From the NCBI GenBank assembly GCA_046331705.1, contig JAXLQJ010000022.1:1-64000 (forward strand): 64,000 nucleotides of DNA, in the 5' to 3' direction. Numbering within the stretch: position 1 is the first letter of the stretch; every line of letters starts with the position of its first letter. The position numbers were made by a program, and so were the translations under genes. Source of the DNA: a bacterium (GTDB lineage: Bacteria; JADJOY01). The notes beneath the pieces are model-generated. The model saw nothing but the letters and a program-made list of their open reading frames with translations, had not been told where the DNA came from and searched no databases. This document shows positions 24,954-35,737 of this stretch, in pieces.

Positions 24954-26717
24954 GTGAAGGTCCTCGGAATCGGCGACGGCCACGGCGCGGGCGCGGTGCT
25001 GATCGACGACGGCCGGGTCCTCGCCGCCGTGAGCGAGGAGCGGCTCTCCGGCCGCAAGCGCGAGCGCGGGTTTCCGCGCCGGGCGATCGCCTGGGTGCTG
25101 CGCGAGACCCACGTCGCACCCGCGGAGCTCGCGTGTGTGGCCTACGCCTCGCTCTGGGGCCGATCCGTGACGCGGTTCTTCGACGACGCGTACCGCGCTG
25201 GGCGCGAGGGCGGCGGACCGACGCGCTGGCCCGCCCGCTTCCACGCGGCGTTCGAGAACGAGGTGGCGCAGCATCCCGGCGTGCGCGAGATCGACGCTCG
25301 CGCCAGCCGCAAGCTGCTCGAGCAGCGCCTCGCCGAGCTCGATCTGGGCGGCCGGCCGCTGGTGGCCGTCGAGCACCACACCGCGCACGCGCTGGGCGCG
25401 GTGCTGAGCGCGGGAACCCCGCGCGGCGACGGCGGCGCTGGCGGTCCCGAGCGAGAGATCGCGCTCACCCTCGACGGCTACGGAGACGGGATCTCGGGAG
25501 CGGCGGCGCTCGTGACCCGCGACGAACGGGGCGCGCCGGTGCTGCGCCGCTACCTGAGCCTGCCCTGGGAAGAGAGCCTCGGGCTCGTCTACGGGGCGAT
25601 CACCGAGCACCTGGGATTCGCCGAGGGCGACGAGGGCCAGGTCACGGCGATCGCCGCGAGCGGCGATCCCGAGCGTTGTCGGGCGGCGTTCGCGAACCTG
25701 ATCCCGTTGCGGGACGTCACCGAGGCCGGCGCGAGCCCGTTCACGGTCGATCGCAAGCTGCTCTACGGCAGCCTGCGCAAATCGCTCGCGGGCGCGAGCC
25801 CCGCCGACGTGGCGCGCGCGCTCCAGGACCGGGTCGAGGACGCGGTGGTGCGCTTCGCCGAGGTCGCGCTCGGCCACTCGGCCGCCGGCCCATCCGTCCC
25901 CACGCGCCTGGCGTGCTCCGGCGGGCTCTTCGCGAACGTGCGGCTCGCGTCGCGTCTCGCGGTGCTCGATGGCGTGACGCGCGTGGACGTGTGCCCGGCG
26001 ATGAGCGACGAGGGCCTGGCGCTGGGCGCGGCGCTGGCGCAGAGCCCGAGCATCGCGCCGGACGCCTGCGAGTCGGTGGCGTGGGGGCCCGAGATCACGG
26101 GCGAGAGCGCGGCCAAGGCGCTCGAGCGCAGTGGCTTGAGGGTGATCGCGAGCGACCCCGAGCACGCGCTCGAGCTCGCCGTGGAAGCGCTCGCGGACGG
26201 TGCGGTCGTGGCGCTCGCCGACGGCCGCCTCGAGTTCGGGCCGCGCGCGCTCGGGCAGCGATCGCTGCTCTTCGACGCACGCCGGCCGGCGCTCGCCGCG
26301 CACGTCTCGCGGGCGCTCGCGCGCCCCACCCACATGCCCTTCGCGCCCGCCACCCTCGCCGACGAAGCGGAGCGCTGCTACCTCGGGCTCGCCGCGCTGG
26401 GGCGGACCGCGCGCTTCATGACCGCGGCGCTCGCCACCACCGATGGGTTTCGCGCGAGCTGCCCGCTCGCGGTCCACGTCGATGGCAGCGCTCGCGCGCA
26501 GCTCGTCACCGCCGCCAGCGCGCCGCGCTTGCACGCGCTCTTGGCGCGCTTTCGGGAGCGCACGGGGGTGGGGACGCTCGTCAACACCAGCCTCAACCTG
26601 CACGGCGAGCCGATCGTGGCCGATGCCGACCACGCGCTGCGCACCTTCCTGGCGTCGGGAGTCGACGGGCTCTGGCTCGGCGGCCATTGGGTCCGCCACC
26701 CGCACCCGCTGCACTGA
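24954..26717 (+). CDS. Carbamoyltransferase (NodU/CmcH/TobZ family)
   Basis: EERLS, EHHTAH, LDGYGD, SGGLFANV, EFGPRALG.RS, MPFAP, HVDGSAR.Q, NTS.NLHGEPIV. Confidence 0.9.
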   Translation: MKVLGIGDGHGAGAVLIDDGRVLAAVSEERLSGRKRERGFPRRAIAWVLRETHVAPAELACVAYASLWGRSVTRFFDDAYRAGREGGGPTRWPARFHAAFENEVAQHPGVREIDARASRKLLEQRLAELDLGGRPLVAVEHHTAHALGAVLSAGTPRGDGGAGGPEREIALTLDGYGDGISGAAALVTRDERGAPVLRRYLSLPWEESLGLVYGAITEHLGFAEGDEGQVTAIAASGDPERCRAAFANLIPLRDVTEAGASPFTVDRKLLYGSLRKSLAGASPADVARALQDRVEDAVVRFAEVALGHSAAGPSVPTRLACSGGLFANVRLASRLAVLDGVTRVDVCPAMSDEGLALGAALAQSPSIAPDACESVAWGPEITGESAAKALERSGLRVIASDPEHALELAVEALADGAVVALADGRLEFGPRALGQRSLLFDARRPALAAHVSRALARPTHMPFAPATLADEAERCYLGLAALGRTARFMTAALATTDGFRASCPLAVHVDGSARAQLVTAASAPRLHALLARFRERTGVGTLVNTSLNLHGEPIVADADHALRTFLASGVDGLWLGGHWVRHPHPLH

Positions 26718-26748
26718 CGGATGCGCGAGCTCGCTCGAGGCGGGCCGC

Positions 26749-27561
26749 TCAGGACGACGCGCCGGTGCGCGCGGCGACCCGGTTGGCGAGCTCGCGCAAC
26801 GCCACGCCGGAGCGCTCCTGCAGGAATAGCCCGCCGAGGCGCGCGAAGTTGTTCTCCGTGGGGTTGATCACGATGATCCGCCCGCCGCCCTGGCGGCACG
26901 CGTGCGGCAGATCCGCCGCGGGATAGACCATGCCGGAGGTGCCGACCACCAGCATGAGATCGGCAGCCCCCGCCATCTCGTAGGCTTCGTCGAGGCTCTG
27001 CACCGCCTCGCCGAAGAGCACGACGTCGAGCCGCACCAGCTCGCCGCAGGCCTCGCAGCGCGGCAGCCGGTCGAAGATCGCCTTCACGCTCAGATCGCCC
27101 GAGAACGCGCGCTCGAGGCGCGCCGCGAGCGTCTTGCGATCGATCTTCTCGGTGCGGCCGCACTCGATGCACTTGAGGCGGAACACGTTCCCGTGCAGCT
27201 CCACCACCTGCTGGGAGCCGGCGCGCTGGTGCAGATCGTCGACGTTCTGGGTGATGACGCCGCCCAGCCGGCCGCTTCCCTCCAGCGCCGCGAGCGCTTC
27301 GTGGCCGGGATTGGGCTGGGCACGCAGCACCGAGTCGAGCGCCTCGCGCAGGAAGCCGTAGAGCCGCGCCGGGCCGCTCTTGAGCAGGCTCAGGATGCCG
27401 GACGGCGTCCCGACCAGCTCGGGGTCGAAGCGTTCCCAGATCCCGCCGGGGTCGCGGAAGGTGGCGATCCCGCTCTCGGCGCTGGCGCCGGCGCCCGAGA
27501 ACGCGACGGGCCGGCGCGCCTCGGCGACCCAATCGGCGGCGGTATCGAGCGGATCGCGCAT
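26749..27561 (-). CDS. cobB: NAD-dependent protein deacylase (Sir2/CobB family)
   Basis: [26 protein letters not shown], two CxxC, VVLFGE, VGTS..VYPAA. Confidence 0.88.
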   Translation of the reverse strand: MRDPLDTAADWVAEARRPVAFSGAGASAESGIATFRDPGGIWERFDPELVGTPSGILSLLKSGPARLYGFLREALDSVLRAQPNPGHEALAALEGSGRLGGVITQNVDDLHQRAGSQQVVELHGNVFRLKCIECGRTEKIDRKTLAARLERAFSGDLSVKAIFDRLPRCEACGELVRLDVVLFGEAVQSLDEAYEMAGAADLMLVVGTSGMVYPAADLPHACRQGGGRIIVINPTENNFARLGGLFLQERSGVALRELANRVAARTGASS

Positions 27562-27619
27562 GCGCCGGGTTTCCTCTCGCCTCGCTTCCGCAAGGTATCA
27601 TCGCACGGGAAACGACGCG

Positions 27620-28735
27620 TTGAGCGCGCAATCGACCGACCCCCGAACGCTGCGCGTGGCCTTGATCGGCTGCGGCAATCGCGCGCGCGATTACTACGTC
27701 CCGCTGCTCACGCGCCTGCCCGGCTTCGCCGCGGTGGGATGCGTGGGGCGAACGCGGGAACGCGCCGTTGCCGTGGCGCAGGCTCTCGACGCTCCCGCGT
27801 TCCGCGACCTCGACGAGCTACTCGCGCGAGCGCGGCCGGACTTCGTGGTGGTGGCGGTGCCCTACCACTCGAACGGCGCCCTGGGGCTCGAGCTGGTCGA
27901 GCGCGGCGTGCCGTTCCTGGCCGAGACACCGCTCGCGCACCAGCTCGCCGACGGCGACGCGATCGTGGCGCGGGCCCGCGTCCGCGGACTGGTGGTGGGC
28001 GTCGCCGAGCAGTTCCCCCGTTTCCCGATCGCGGCGCTCACGCGGCGCGCGATCGCGAACGGGATCTTCGGCCGCGTGCTCCACGCCGCCGCCGATTTCG
28101 CCGGCCACGGCTATCACGGCATGGCGCTCGCGCGCAGCCTGCTCGGCCTCGATCGCAAACCGGTGCAAGCGCTCGGCGTGCAGCGCGCGTTCGACGTGGC
28201 TCCGCACTGGTCGCGGATCGAGGGGCGCTTCGGGCGCGCCCGGGAACGCTGGGATCACGGCTCGATCGAGCTCTCCGACGGCAGCTTCCTGAGCTTCCTC
28301 TTCACCGACCACGGCTACGATTCGCCGCTGCGCTGGCATCGTCAGGTGCGCTTCTTCGCGACCCACGGCATGGGCGTGGACGATCGGCTCGCGGTGCTCG
28401 ACGAGGACGGGCGCGAGCCCCACCCACTGGCGATCCAGTGGGAGACCCACGAGGCGAACGGCCGCACCTGGGTCCGCGCGCTCCGGCTGACGGTGCCGCC
28501 GTGGCGCGGCGGCGCGACCGTCGAGTGGCGCAATCCCTTCCCCGACGTCCCGCTGCGCGACGACGAGATCGCCGTGGCGCAAGGGCTCGCGGACATGGCC
28601 ACCGCCCTTCGCGACGGGACCCCGCTCGAGTACGACGCGGCGCAGGGATTGCTCGACCAGGAATGCACGCTGGCGATCGAGCGCTCCCACGAGCGCGGCG
28701 GAGCCCCCTGTCGGTTTCCGCTGGAACGCGGTTGA
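27620..28735 (+). CDS. Gfo/Idh/MocA family oxidoreductase
   Basis: RVALIGCGNRA Rossmann motif; ETP in place of the usual EKP; start is approximate (TTG). Confidence 0.8.
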   Translation: MSAQSTDPRTLRVALIGCGNRARDYYVPLLTRLPGFAAVGCVGRTRERAVAVAQALDAPAFRDLDELLARARPDFVVVAVPYHSNGALGLELVERGVPFLAETPLAHQLADGDAIVARARVRGLVVGVAEQFPRFPIAALTRRAIANGIFGRVLHAAADFAGHGYHGMALARSLLGLDRKPVQALGVQRAFDVAPHWSRIEGRFGRARERWDHGSIELSDGSFLSFLFTDHGYDSPLRWHRQVRFFATHGMGVDDRLAVLDEDGREPHPLAIQWETHEANGRTWVRALRLTVPPWRGGATVEWRNPFPDVPLRDDEIAVAQGLADMATALRDGTPLEYDAAQGLLDQECTLAIERSHERGGAPCRFPLERG

Positions 28736-28792
28736 GCCACGCAGGCGCCGCGCGCAGCGCCGCGGGGCCGCGGCAACACCGGAGAGCCGCGC

Positions 28793-31700
28793 TCAGGTGG
28801 GCGGGTCGAGGTGCTCGAGGAGCGCGTGACGAACGCGCTCGAACTCCTTCTCGGCGCGCTCGGCGATGCCCAGGGCGTCGTCCACGCGACCTTCCCGACC
28901 GAGGATCTCGAGCTCGCGACAGAGCGCCGAGAGCCGGCGTGCGCCCAAGAAGGCGCTGCTCGATTTGAGCGTGTGCGCCGAGTACGCCACGCCCTGCGCG
29001 TCGCGCTGCTCGGCGGCGCGCAGCAACGCCTCCAGCAGGCGCGGCGTGGTGTCGAGGTACGAGCCGATGGCGCGCGCCAGAACGTTCGGCGATCCGGGTC
29101 GCGCCAGCGCGCGGATCTCGGCGATCGCCTGCTCGTCGATCACGGGCAGCTCGCGCGCGGGGGCCGATGGCGGGGAGTCCGGCACGTCCCCGCGCGGCGT
29201 GCTGGCGGGAGGCGCAGGGACCGGCGCGGGGGCGGGCGCAGGGGCCGCGGCAGCCGGCGCCACCGCGGGCGCTTCCGCCGCGGCGCGGGCGCCGCGCGGA
29301 CGCTTCTCGAGCCAGCGGTCGAGCATGCCGCGCAGCTCGTCGAGCCGAAACGGCTTGGGGAGCAGATCGTTCATGCCGAGCGCGCGGTATTCCTCCTCGT
29401 CACCCGGAAGCGCGTCGCCACACAGCGCGATGATCGGCACGCGCGCGTCCTCGGGCGTACCGCGGGCCGCCTCGATCGCGCGGATGCGCTGGGTCGCCAC
29501 GCGCCCGTCGGCGACCGGCATGTTGATGTCCATGAGGATCACGCTCGCGCCGTGCTCCTCGAACGCCTGGATCGCCTGCGCGCCGTCGACGACCGCTTCG
29601 ACGTCGTGCCCGAGGCGCCGCGCGATGCTCTCCATCAGGCCACGGCTCGACTCGTCGTCGTCGGCCACCAGCACACGCGGCTTCGCGGATGGCGCAGCGG
29701 CGGTTGTCGCGGCGGAGACGGCTACGGGCGCTGCTGCCGAAGCGGGTGCGCTCGGCGCCGCGGCGACCGCGGCGGCGCCTGGAGCTGCCGGCGATGCGAC
29801 GGCGTCGCCTCGTCGGGGCAGCCAGCGGGCGAGGCGCTCGGCGAGCGCCCGCAGGGTGAATGGCTTGGCGAGGTAATCGTCCATCCCCGCCATGAGGCAG
29901 ATCTCGCGGTCGCCGCGCTGGGCGTTGGCGGTGAGCGCCACCACCGGCACCGCCGAGTCCGGTGCATCCGGATCCTGGGCCCGACGATCGGCTTCCAGCG
30001 CGCGGATCCGCTGAGTCGCCTCGAAGCCGTCCATGATGGGCATCTGGCAGTCCATCAGGATCAGGTCGTAACTCTGGCGCTGCACGGCGCGCACGGCTTC
30101 GAGCCCCGAGCTGGCCACGTCGGCGCCGAGCCCCAAGCGGTCGAGCATGGCGAGCACCACGTCCTGGTTCGCCGGGTTGTCCTCGACCAGGAGCACGTGC
30201 CCCGCCAGCGCGGGCAGGTCCGCGGTGCGCGATCCCAAGCCCGACTCGTCGCGCGGCGCGTCCTCGCTCTCCGTCACGGCGAGAAGCGCGTTCAAGAGCT
30301 CGTCCTGACGGACCGGCTTGGTGAGCCACACGCCGATCCCGACGTCCTTGAGCGTCTGGGTCAACGCACCGGTGGCGTTCACCGAGGTCAGGATCACGAG
30401 CGCCATGGATTTGAGGTCGGGATGGGCGCGAATCGCCCGCGCCAGCGCGAGGCCGTCCATTTCCGGCATGTGCAGGTCGAGGATCGCGATGTCGTACGCG
30501 GCGCCCGCGCGAGCGGCGGAGACGAGCTCCTTGAGCGCGGAGATGCCGCCCGGTTGCGAGCTCGAGATCAGCCCCCACGAGGCGAGCTGGAGCTGGACGA
30601 TCTCGCGATTGGTCGCGCTGTCGTCGACCACCATCACGCGCCGGCCGCTCAGCGCCGCCGCCCGCGAGCGCAGCGTGGAGTCCGTGGGCTCGGCGATCCG
30701 GAACGGGATGAGCGCGGTGAAGAGCGAGCCCTCCCCCGCCTCGCTCTCGACGCTCACCGTGCCGCCCATGAGCTCGATGAGCTGGCGCGAGATCGCGAGC
30801 CCGAGACCGGCGCCGCCGTAGCGGCGGCTCATCGAGGCGTCCACCTGGGTGAACGGCTCGAAGAGCGTCGCGAGCAGCGCTCGCGGGATGCCGATGCCGG
30901 TGTCGCGCACCTGGAAGCGCACCATGGCGGTGCGCTCGTCGCGCTCCACCACGTCGACGTCCAGCACCACCTCGCCCTTCTCGGTGAACTTGATCGCGTT
31001 GCCGAGGAGATTGGTGAGGATCTGCCGCAGGCGAGCCGGGTCCGTGGTGATCGCCTCGGGCAGCGTCGCGGCCTGCGAGACGATCAGCTCGAGGCCCTTG
31101 CGCTGCGCGCGCTCGCCCAAGAGCTCGACCACGTCCGCCACCAAGCGCCTGAGATCGCAGTCGACGGCTTCCAGGTCGAGGTTGCCCACCTCGCACTTGG
31201 AGAAATCGAGCACGTCGTTGATGACGTGCAGCAACGCCTCCGCCGAACGGTACACGGTCTGCGCGAAGCGCCGCTGGGTGGGGTTGAGCTCGGTGCCGAG
31301 CAGGAGGTCGGTCATGCCGAGCACGCCGTTCATCGGGGTGCGGATCTCGTGGCTCATGTTCGCCACGAATTGCGCCTTCACGCGGTTCGAATCCTGCGCG
31401 AAGCGCGCCAGCTCGCGGGCCTCGGCGGTCGCGCGCTCGAGGTCGTAGGTGCGGGTCGCCACCCGCTCCTCCAGGGTCCGCTGGATCTGCTCCGATTCGG
31501 TGCGGCAGTCCCGCATGCGGCTGAGCATGAAGGCGAGCGATTCGCCGAGCTCGCGGATGTCGGGCTGGGACGAGGGCTCGATCGCCAGCTCCAGGTTGCC
31601 GCCGGCGATCTCGCGAACGGCATGGGCGAGCCGGCGCAAGGGTCGCACCACGCGCCGCGAGGCGAGCAGCACCAGCGCCGTGCCCGCGAGGCACGCGCCG

Positions 31701-32014
31701 AACGCCGCGGCGGCCACCAGATCGATCCTGTCGAGCGCCTCGCCGACGTCGTGGCGCCGAAGCGAGCCCCAGAGCATCGTGAGGGCGATCGCGTTCAACA
31801 CGACCAGCGCGTGCCGGCCGCGCGACGAGCGCCGGGGGGGCTCGCTGCTCGTCCCGCCCGCGCCGTTGGTGGAGCCGGCGGCGCCTCCCGCTCCCGAGGA
31901 ACCGTCGCGCATCGATCGCAGGACGCGGGTCGAGCGGGCGGCGGGGCCACGCGAACGCTCGAGCGCGCCGAGCTGCACACGGGTGACGACCGGCTTCGAG
32001 GTCATGCGCTGCAT
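28793..32014 (-). CDS. Hybrid sensor histidine kinase (2 TM, HAMP, HisKA, HATPase, 3 REC, Hpt)
   Basis: [35 protein letters not shown]; three receiver domains (DLHMP, DCQMP, DINMP); Hpt AHTLKSSS. Start is approximate. Confidence 0.93.
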   Translation of the reverse strand: MQRMTSKPVVTRVQLGALERSRGPAARSTRVLRSMRDGSSGAGGAAGSTNGAGGTSSEPPRRSSRGRHALVVLNAIALTMLWGSLRRHDVGEALDRIDLVAAAAFGACLAGTALVLLASRRVVRPLRRLAHAVREIAGGNLELAIEPSSQPDIRELGESLAFMLSRMRDCRTESEQIQRTLEERVATRTYDLERATAEARELARFAQDSNRVKAQFVANMSHEIRTPMNGVLGMTDLLLGTELNPTQRRFAQTVYRSAEALLHVINDVLDFSKCEVGNLDLEAVDCDLRRLVADVVELLGERAQRKGLELIVSQAATLPEAITTDPARLRQILTNLLGNAIKFTEKGEVVLDVDVVERDERTAMVRFQVRDTGIGIPRALLATLFEPFTQVDASMSRRYGGAGLGLAISRQLIELMGGTVSVESEAGEGSLFTALIPFRIAEPTDSTLRSRAAALSGRRVMVVDDSATNREIVQLQLASWGLISSSQPGGISALKELVSAARAGAAYDIAILDLHMPEMDGLALARAIRAHPDLKSMALVILTSVNATGALTQTLKDVGIGVWLTKPVRQDELLNALLAVTESEDAPRDESGLGSRTADLPALAGHVLLVEDNPANQDVVLAMLDRLGLGADVASSGLEAVRAVQRQSYDLILMDCQMPIMDGFEATQRIRALEADRRAQDPDAPDSAVPVVALTANAQRGDREICLMAGMDDYLAKPFTLRALAERLARWLPRRGDAVASPAAPGAAAVAAAPSAPASAAAPVAVSAATTAAAPSAKPRVLVADDDESSRGLMESIARRLGHDVEAVVDGAQAIQAFEEHGASVILMDINMPVADGRVATQRIRAIEAARGTPEDARVPIIALCGDALPGDEEEYRALGMNDLLPKPFRLDELRGMLDRWLEKRPRGARAAAEAPAVAPAAAAPAPAPAPVPAPPASTPRGDVPDSPPSAPARELPVIDEQAIAEIRALARPGSPNVLARAIGSYLDTTPRLLEALLRAAEQRDAQGVAYSAHTLKSSSAFLGARRLSALCRELEILGREGRVDDALGIAERAEKEFERVRHALLEHLDPPT

Positions 32015-32427
32015 GCCGCGGGGAGCGAGGGGTGAGGGGCTCGAGGCCATGGTTTCCGGTCGCTTCGCAGCGCGCGCGGCGGATGGGGCGGCGCGCGCCG
32101 ACGTGCAACGCTTCGCAGCCGCGGATGCCCCGGCCGCACGCACCTCGGGCCACCCGCACGCGGGAGACGGGAAGCCAACTTCGTGCCGGATCGATCGAAG
32201 GCATCCGCTCGCGGCCGAAATCGCTTTCGCGCCGGGGGGTTGGCGCGAGATGGCGCGGCGGCGGCGCGATCTCGCCAATCCCGCGCGCGGTCGTGGGCGG
32301 GCAAAATCGACCCGGCTTCACGCGTGGCGTCGATCGCGATGGCCGGGACGGTCTGCATGTAGTACACGAGCGAGGACGTTTCGCGTGGCTCGTCTCGGCA
32401 ACGCGAGATCGGGTGATCGACATCCCC

Positions 32428-34650
32428 ATGGGCACCCGCCGCCGACCGCAAAACAACGACGCCGAGCCGGTGGGGCCGCACGTCTACCGCAAGCGCGGCG
32501 ACAAGCGCCGGCGCGACGACCGCCCGCCACGGCGAGCGGACGAGCCGCGCGACCGCGAGCTCGCGGCGTTGCTGGCGAACATCGGCGTCCCCGCTCCCGC
32601 TCCGTTCGAAGCCGACCCGTTCCAGCGTCAGGCGCTCGAGGCCATCCGCGACCACGACGTGATCGTCACGGCGCCCACCGGCGCCGGAAAGACCTGGATC
32701 GCCGTGGAGGCCATTCGACGCGAGCTCGAGCGCGGCGGCCGCGCCTGGTACACGTCGCCGCTCAAGGCGCTCTCGAACAGCAAGTACGTCGAGCTCTGCC
32801 GCACCTTCGGCGAAGACCAGGTGGGCATCGTGACGGGCGACCGCCAGGAGAATCTGGCGGCGCCGGTCCTGGTGGCCACCGCCGAGATCTATCGCAACCG
32901 TCTCTACGATTTCCTGCGCGGCGAGTGCGGTATCGACCACGGCCTGGTGGTCTTCGACGAGGCGCACTATCTGGCCGATCTCGATCGCGGCGTGACCTGG
33001 GAAGAGGCGTGGATCTTCTCGCCGCCCGCGGTGCGCTGCCTGTTGCTCTCCGCGACCATCGCCAACGCCGATCAGCTCGCCGAGTGGATGGCCCGGGTGC
33101 GCGGCACCCGGGTCCAGATCGTCGCGACCCGCCATCGCCCGGTACCGATGGAGACGCTGTTCACGTATCCGGACGGGTGGCGCCTGGGGCCGTTCTGGAG
33201 CAGTGGTCGACGCATCCACGCCGACGTGCAGCGCGCGGCCAGCGAGGCGCGCGGCGGCGCCACCGGCAAGCGCGGACCGCGGCGCTTCCGCCACGCCGTG
33301 CGACCGCGCGACCTGATCGCGCTGCTTCGGCGCCACGATCTGCTGCCGGCGCTGGTCTTCATGGGCTCGCGCGCGGCGTGCGACGACGCCGCCGAGTGGT
33401 GCTCGCGCCACGCGCGGCACGTGGAAGGAGAGCGCGGGCGGCGCATCCAAGCGGTGCTGAGCCAGATCGTCGGCGAGGTCCCGGCGCTCGCCGGTCATCG
33501 CCACATGGAAAGCGTGCTTCGCGCCGGTGTGGCGGCGCACCACGCCGGACATCACCCGGCGTGGAAGCTGGCGCTCGAAACGCTCATGGCCGAAGGGCTC
33601 CTGGACGCGCTCTTCTCGACCACCACGATGGCAGCGGGGGTCGACTTCCCCACCCGCTCGGCCTGCATCACGCGGTCGGTCACCTGGGACGGTCGCGACG
33701 AGCGGCCGTTCCTGGCGCGCGAGCTGCAGCAGATGACCGGCCGCGCCGGGCGCCGCGGCAAGGACCGCGTGGGCTTCGCCATCGTCGTGCCGGGACCGGC
33801 GATGGACGTCGACGAGATCGCCCACGCGCTGCGCAGCCAGCCCGAGCCCATCGCGAGCCAGTTCAAGGCCAGCTACACGATGGCGCTCAACCTGCTCGGC
33901 GCCTTCGAGCCGCGCCAGGTGCGCGAGCTGCTCGACAAGAGCTTCGCCCAGTACCAGCGCGCCATCACCGTCGGCGAGCTACGCGCCGAGGCCGACGCGT
34001 TGGAACGCCGAGCGCCCACCAGCGGCGAGACTCGCGCGGTGCTGAGGCGGCGGCGCAAGAACGCCGAGGAGCTGCGGGTCCGGGCGGCGCAGCTGGAAGA
34101 AGGGCTGTGGGAGGAGTTCGAGCGCTACGTCGCGGTGCTGCGCCGTTTCGGCTATCTGGGCGAGGACCGCCGGCCCACGGCGGAAGGCTCGTGGGCCGCG
34201 CTGTTGCGGCTCGACCATCCGCTGCTCCTGGCGGAGGGAATCCGCAACGGCGTGCTGGTGCCCGACCGCAGCCTGGTGGCGATCGCGGCGGCGCTGGCGG
34301 GTGGCGACCGCGAGTTCAAGCGCGATCCCGAGCTCGCGGCCGAGATCGGCCAGCCGATGGTGAAGCTGGTGGCGATCGCGCAGCACATCGCGCACGTGGA
34401 GCGCGAGCTGGGTGTCGCGGAGCGCCCGAACGTGAACCTGAGCGCCGCGTGGACGATGGACCGGATCGTCACCGGCGACGGCTGGCCCGCGGTGGACTGC
34501 GACGAAGGCGATCTCGTGCGGCTCGCGTGGCGCACCGTCGACGTGCTGCGCCAGATCGGCAACCTCGTCGACACTCACCCCAAGCTGGCCTTCGAGGCTC
34601 GCCACTGGATGCACCGCCTTCAGGAAGACCCGAGCCTGGTCTTCGAGTGA
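32428..34650 (+). CDS. Ski2/HelY-like DEAD/DEAH-box helicase
   Basis: APTGAGKT, SPLKALSN, DEAH, LSAT, HHAG, QMTGRAGRRGKD; DSHCT-like EGDLVR tail. Confidence 0.9.
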   Translation: MGTRRRPQNNDAEPVGPHVYRKRGDKRRRDDRPPRRADEPRDRELAALLANIGVPAPAPFEADPFQRQALEAIRDHDVIVTAPTGAGKTWIAVEAIRRELERGGRAWYTSPLKALSNSKYVELCRTFGEDQVGIVTGDRQENLAAPVLVATAEIYRNRLYDFLRGECGIDHGLVVFDEAHYLADLDRGVTWEEAWIFSPPAVRCLLLSATIANADQLAEWMARVRGTRVQIVATRHRPVPMETLFTYPDGWRLGPFWSSGRRIHADVQRAASEARGGATGKRGPRRFRHAVRPRDLIALLRRHDLLPALVFMGSRAACDDAAEWCSRHARHVEGERGRRIQAVLSQIVGEVPALAGHRHMESVLRAGVAAHHAGHHPAWKLALETLMAEGLLDALFSTTTMAAGVDFPTRSACITRSVTWDGRDERPFLARELQQMTGRAGRRGKDRVGFAIVVPGPAMDVDEIAHALRSQPEPIASQFKASYTMALNLLGAFEPRQVRELLDKSFAQYQRAITVGELRAEADALERRAPTSGETRAVLRRRRKNAEELRVRAAQLEEGLWEEFERYVAVLRRFGYLGEDRRPTAEGSWAALLRLDHPLLLAEGIRNGVLVPDRSLVAIAAALAGGDREFKRDPELAAEIGQPMVKLVAIAQHIAHVERELGVAERPNVNLSAAWTMDRIVTGDGWPAVDCDEGDLVRLAWRTVDVLRQIGNLVDTHPKLAFEARHWMHRLQEDPSLVFE

Positions 34651-34708
34651 TCGTGCACGAGCCGCCTGGCTCGTCGTCCGTCGGATCGCCGGGCGACGAG
34701 CCATCGAT

Positions 34709-35644
34709 TCAGCCCCGCTCGCGGCGTTCCGAGGTCGCTTCGGCGGCGCTCAGCAGTCGCTCCAGCAGCTCGAGGCGCGGGACGGGGACGCGGTGGCGGC
34801 GTGCGATCGCCAAGGGGCGACGCAGGATCGGCTCCAGCTCGAGCACGCGGCCGCGCTCGCGATCGAGCCGCATCGAGGTCACGTAGGGGCTGAAGTTCAC
34901 CTCGGCTTCGAGGCTCTTCTCCAGCCAATCGAGGGGCAGATCGACGCCCTCGGCGCGCGCCACGGCGCGCACTTCCTCCATCACCGCACGCAGCTCCACG
35001 CGCATGCCGTCGACGCGCATGAGGTCGCCGCAGGTGCCACCGACCAGCGTGTTGATCGAGTTGAACGCGGCATTCCACATGACCTTGCGCCACAGCGCGG
35101 CCTGGACCTGATCGACGACGCGCACCGGGAAGCCGCCCACGGCGAGGGCGTCGCACAGCGTTTGCGCCGCGGCGCTCGGCGGACCGTCCGGCTCGCCGAA
35201 CGCCATCCGGCCTTCGGTGGTGTGGCGGATCACTCCGGGTGCCTCGATGGAAGCCCCGACGAACGCCATCCCCAAGAGCACGTGACCCTGTGGCACCAGC
35301 CGCCGCAGCACGGGCTCGTGGCCGATGCCGTTGAGCAGCGAGAGCACCACCCCGCCCGGCTTCAGGTGCGGCTGAGCCGTGGCGAGCGCGTCCTCGAGGT
35401 CGCGGTGCTTGACCGCCACCACCAGCGCGTCGGCGGAGATGGTGGCGTCGCCGCGCGCGACCACCTGGGGACGAACGACGATCTCGGTCCCACCGGTGCG
35501 CACCCGCAAGCCTTCGGCGCGGATCGCATCGGCGTGAACGCCGCGCGCGAGGAAGGCGACGTCGCCGCCACGCGCGGCGACGCAGCCGCCGAAGTAGCCG
35601 CCCACGCCTCCCGCACCGACGAACAGGATTCGCATGCGCGCCAT
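34709..35644 (-). CDS. panE: 2-dehydropantoate 2-reductase
   Basis: GAGGVGGYFG, VAVK, LLNGIGH, W.K..WN...N, TSM..D...GR.LE. Confidence 0.88.
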   Translation of the reverse strand: MARMRILFVGAGGVGGYFGGCVAARGGDVAFLARGVHADAIRAEGLRVRTGGTEIVVRPQVVARGDATISADALVVAVKHRDLEDALATAQPHLKPGGVVLSLLNGIGHEPVLRRLVPQGHVLLGMAFVGASIEAPGVIRHTTEGRMAFGEPDGPPSAAAQTLCDALAVGGFPVRVVDQVQAALWRKVMWNAAFNSINTLVGGTCGDLMRVDGMRVELRAVMEEVRAVARAEGVDLPLDWLEKSLEAEVNFSPYVTSMRLDRERGRVLELEPILRRPLAIARRHRVPVPRLELLERLLSAAEATSERRERG

Positions 35645-35737
35645 ATATCACGCCGAAATCGTCAAGAAATGTCGCGCTGACCCGCATGACAGCGAATCGC
35701 TCGCCTCCATACACTGCGCGGTAACGCCGACGTTCCG

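Noticed and set aside
26749-27561. Sir2 as an anti-phage effector (Thoeris/DSR type)
   Set aside because: Short, Zn-binding CobB-type sirtuin with no TIR, pAgo or HerA partner nearby.
28811-32035. Long antisense ORFs (also 35648-38812, 48683-51115, 42649-44883, 17087-19066, 8291-10174)
   Set aside because: They mirror well-supported genes, lack motifs, and are expected from stop-codon scarcity in high-GC DNA.
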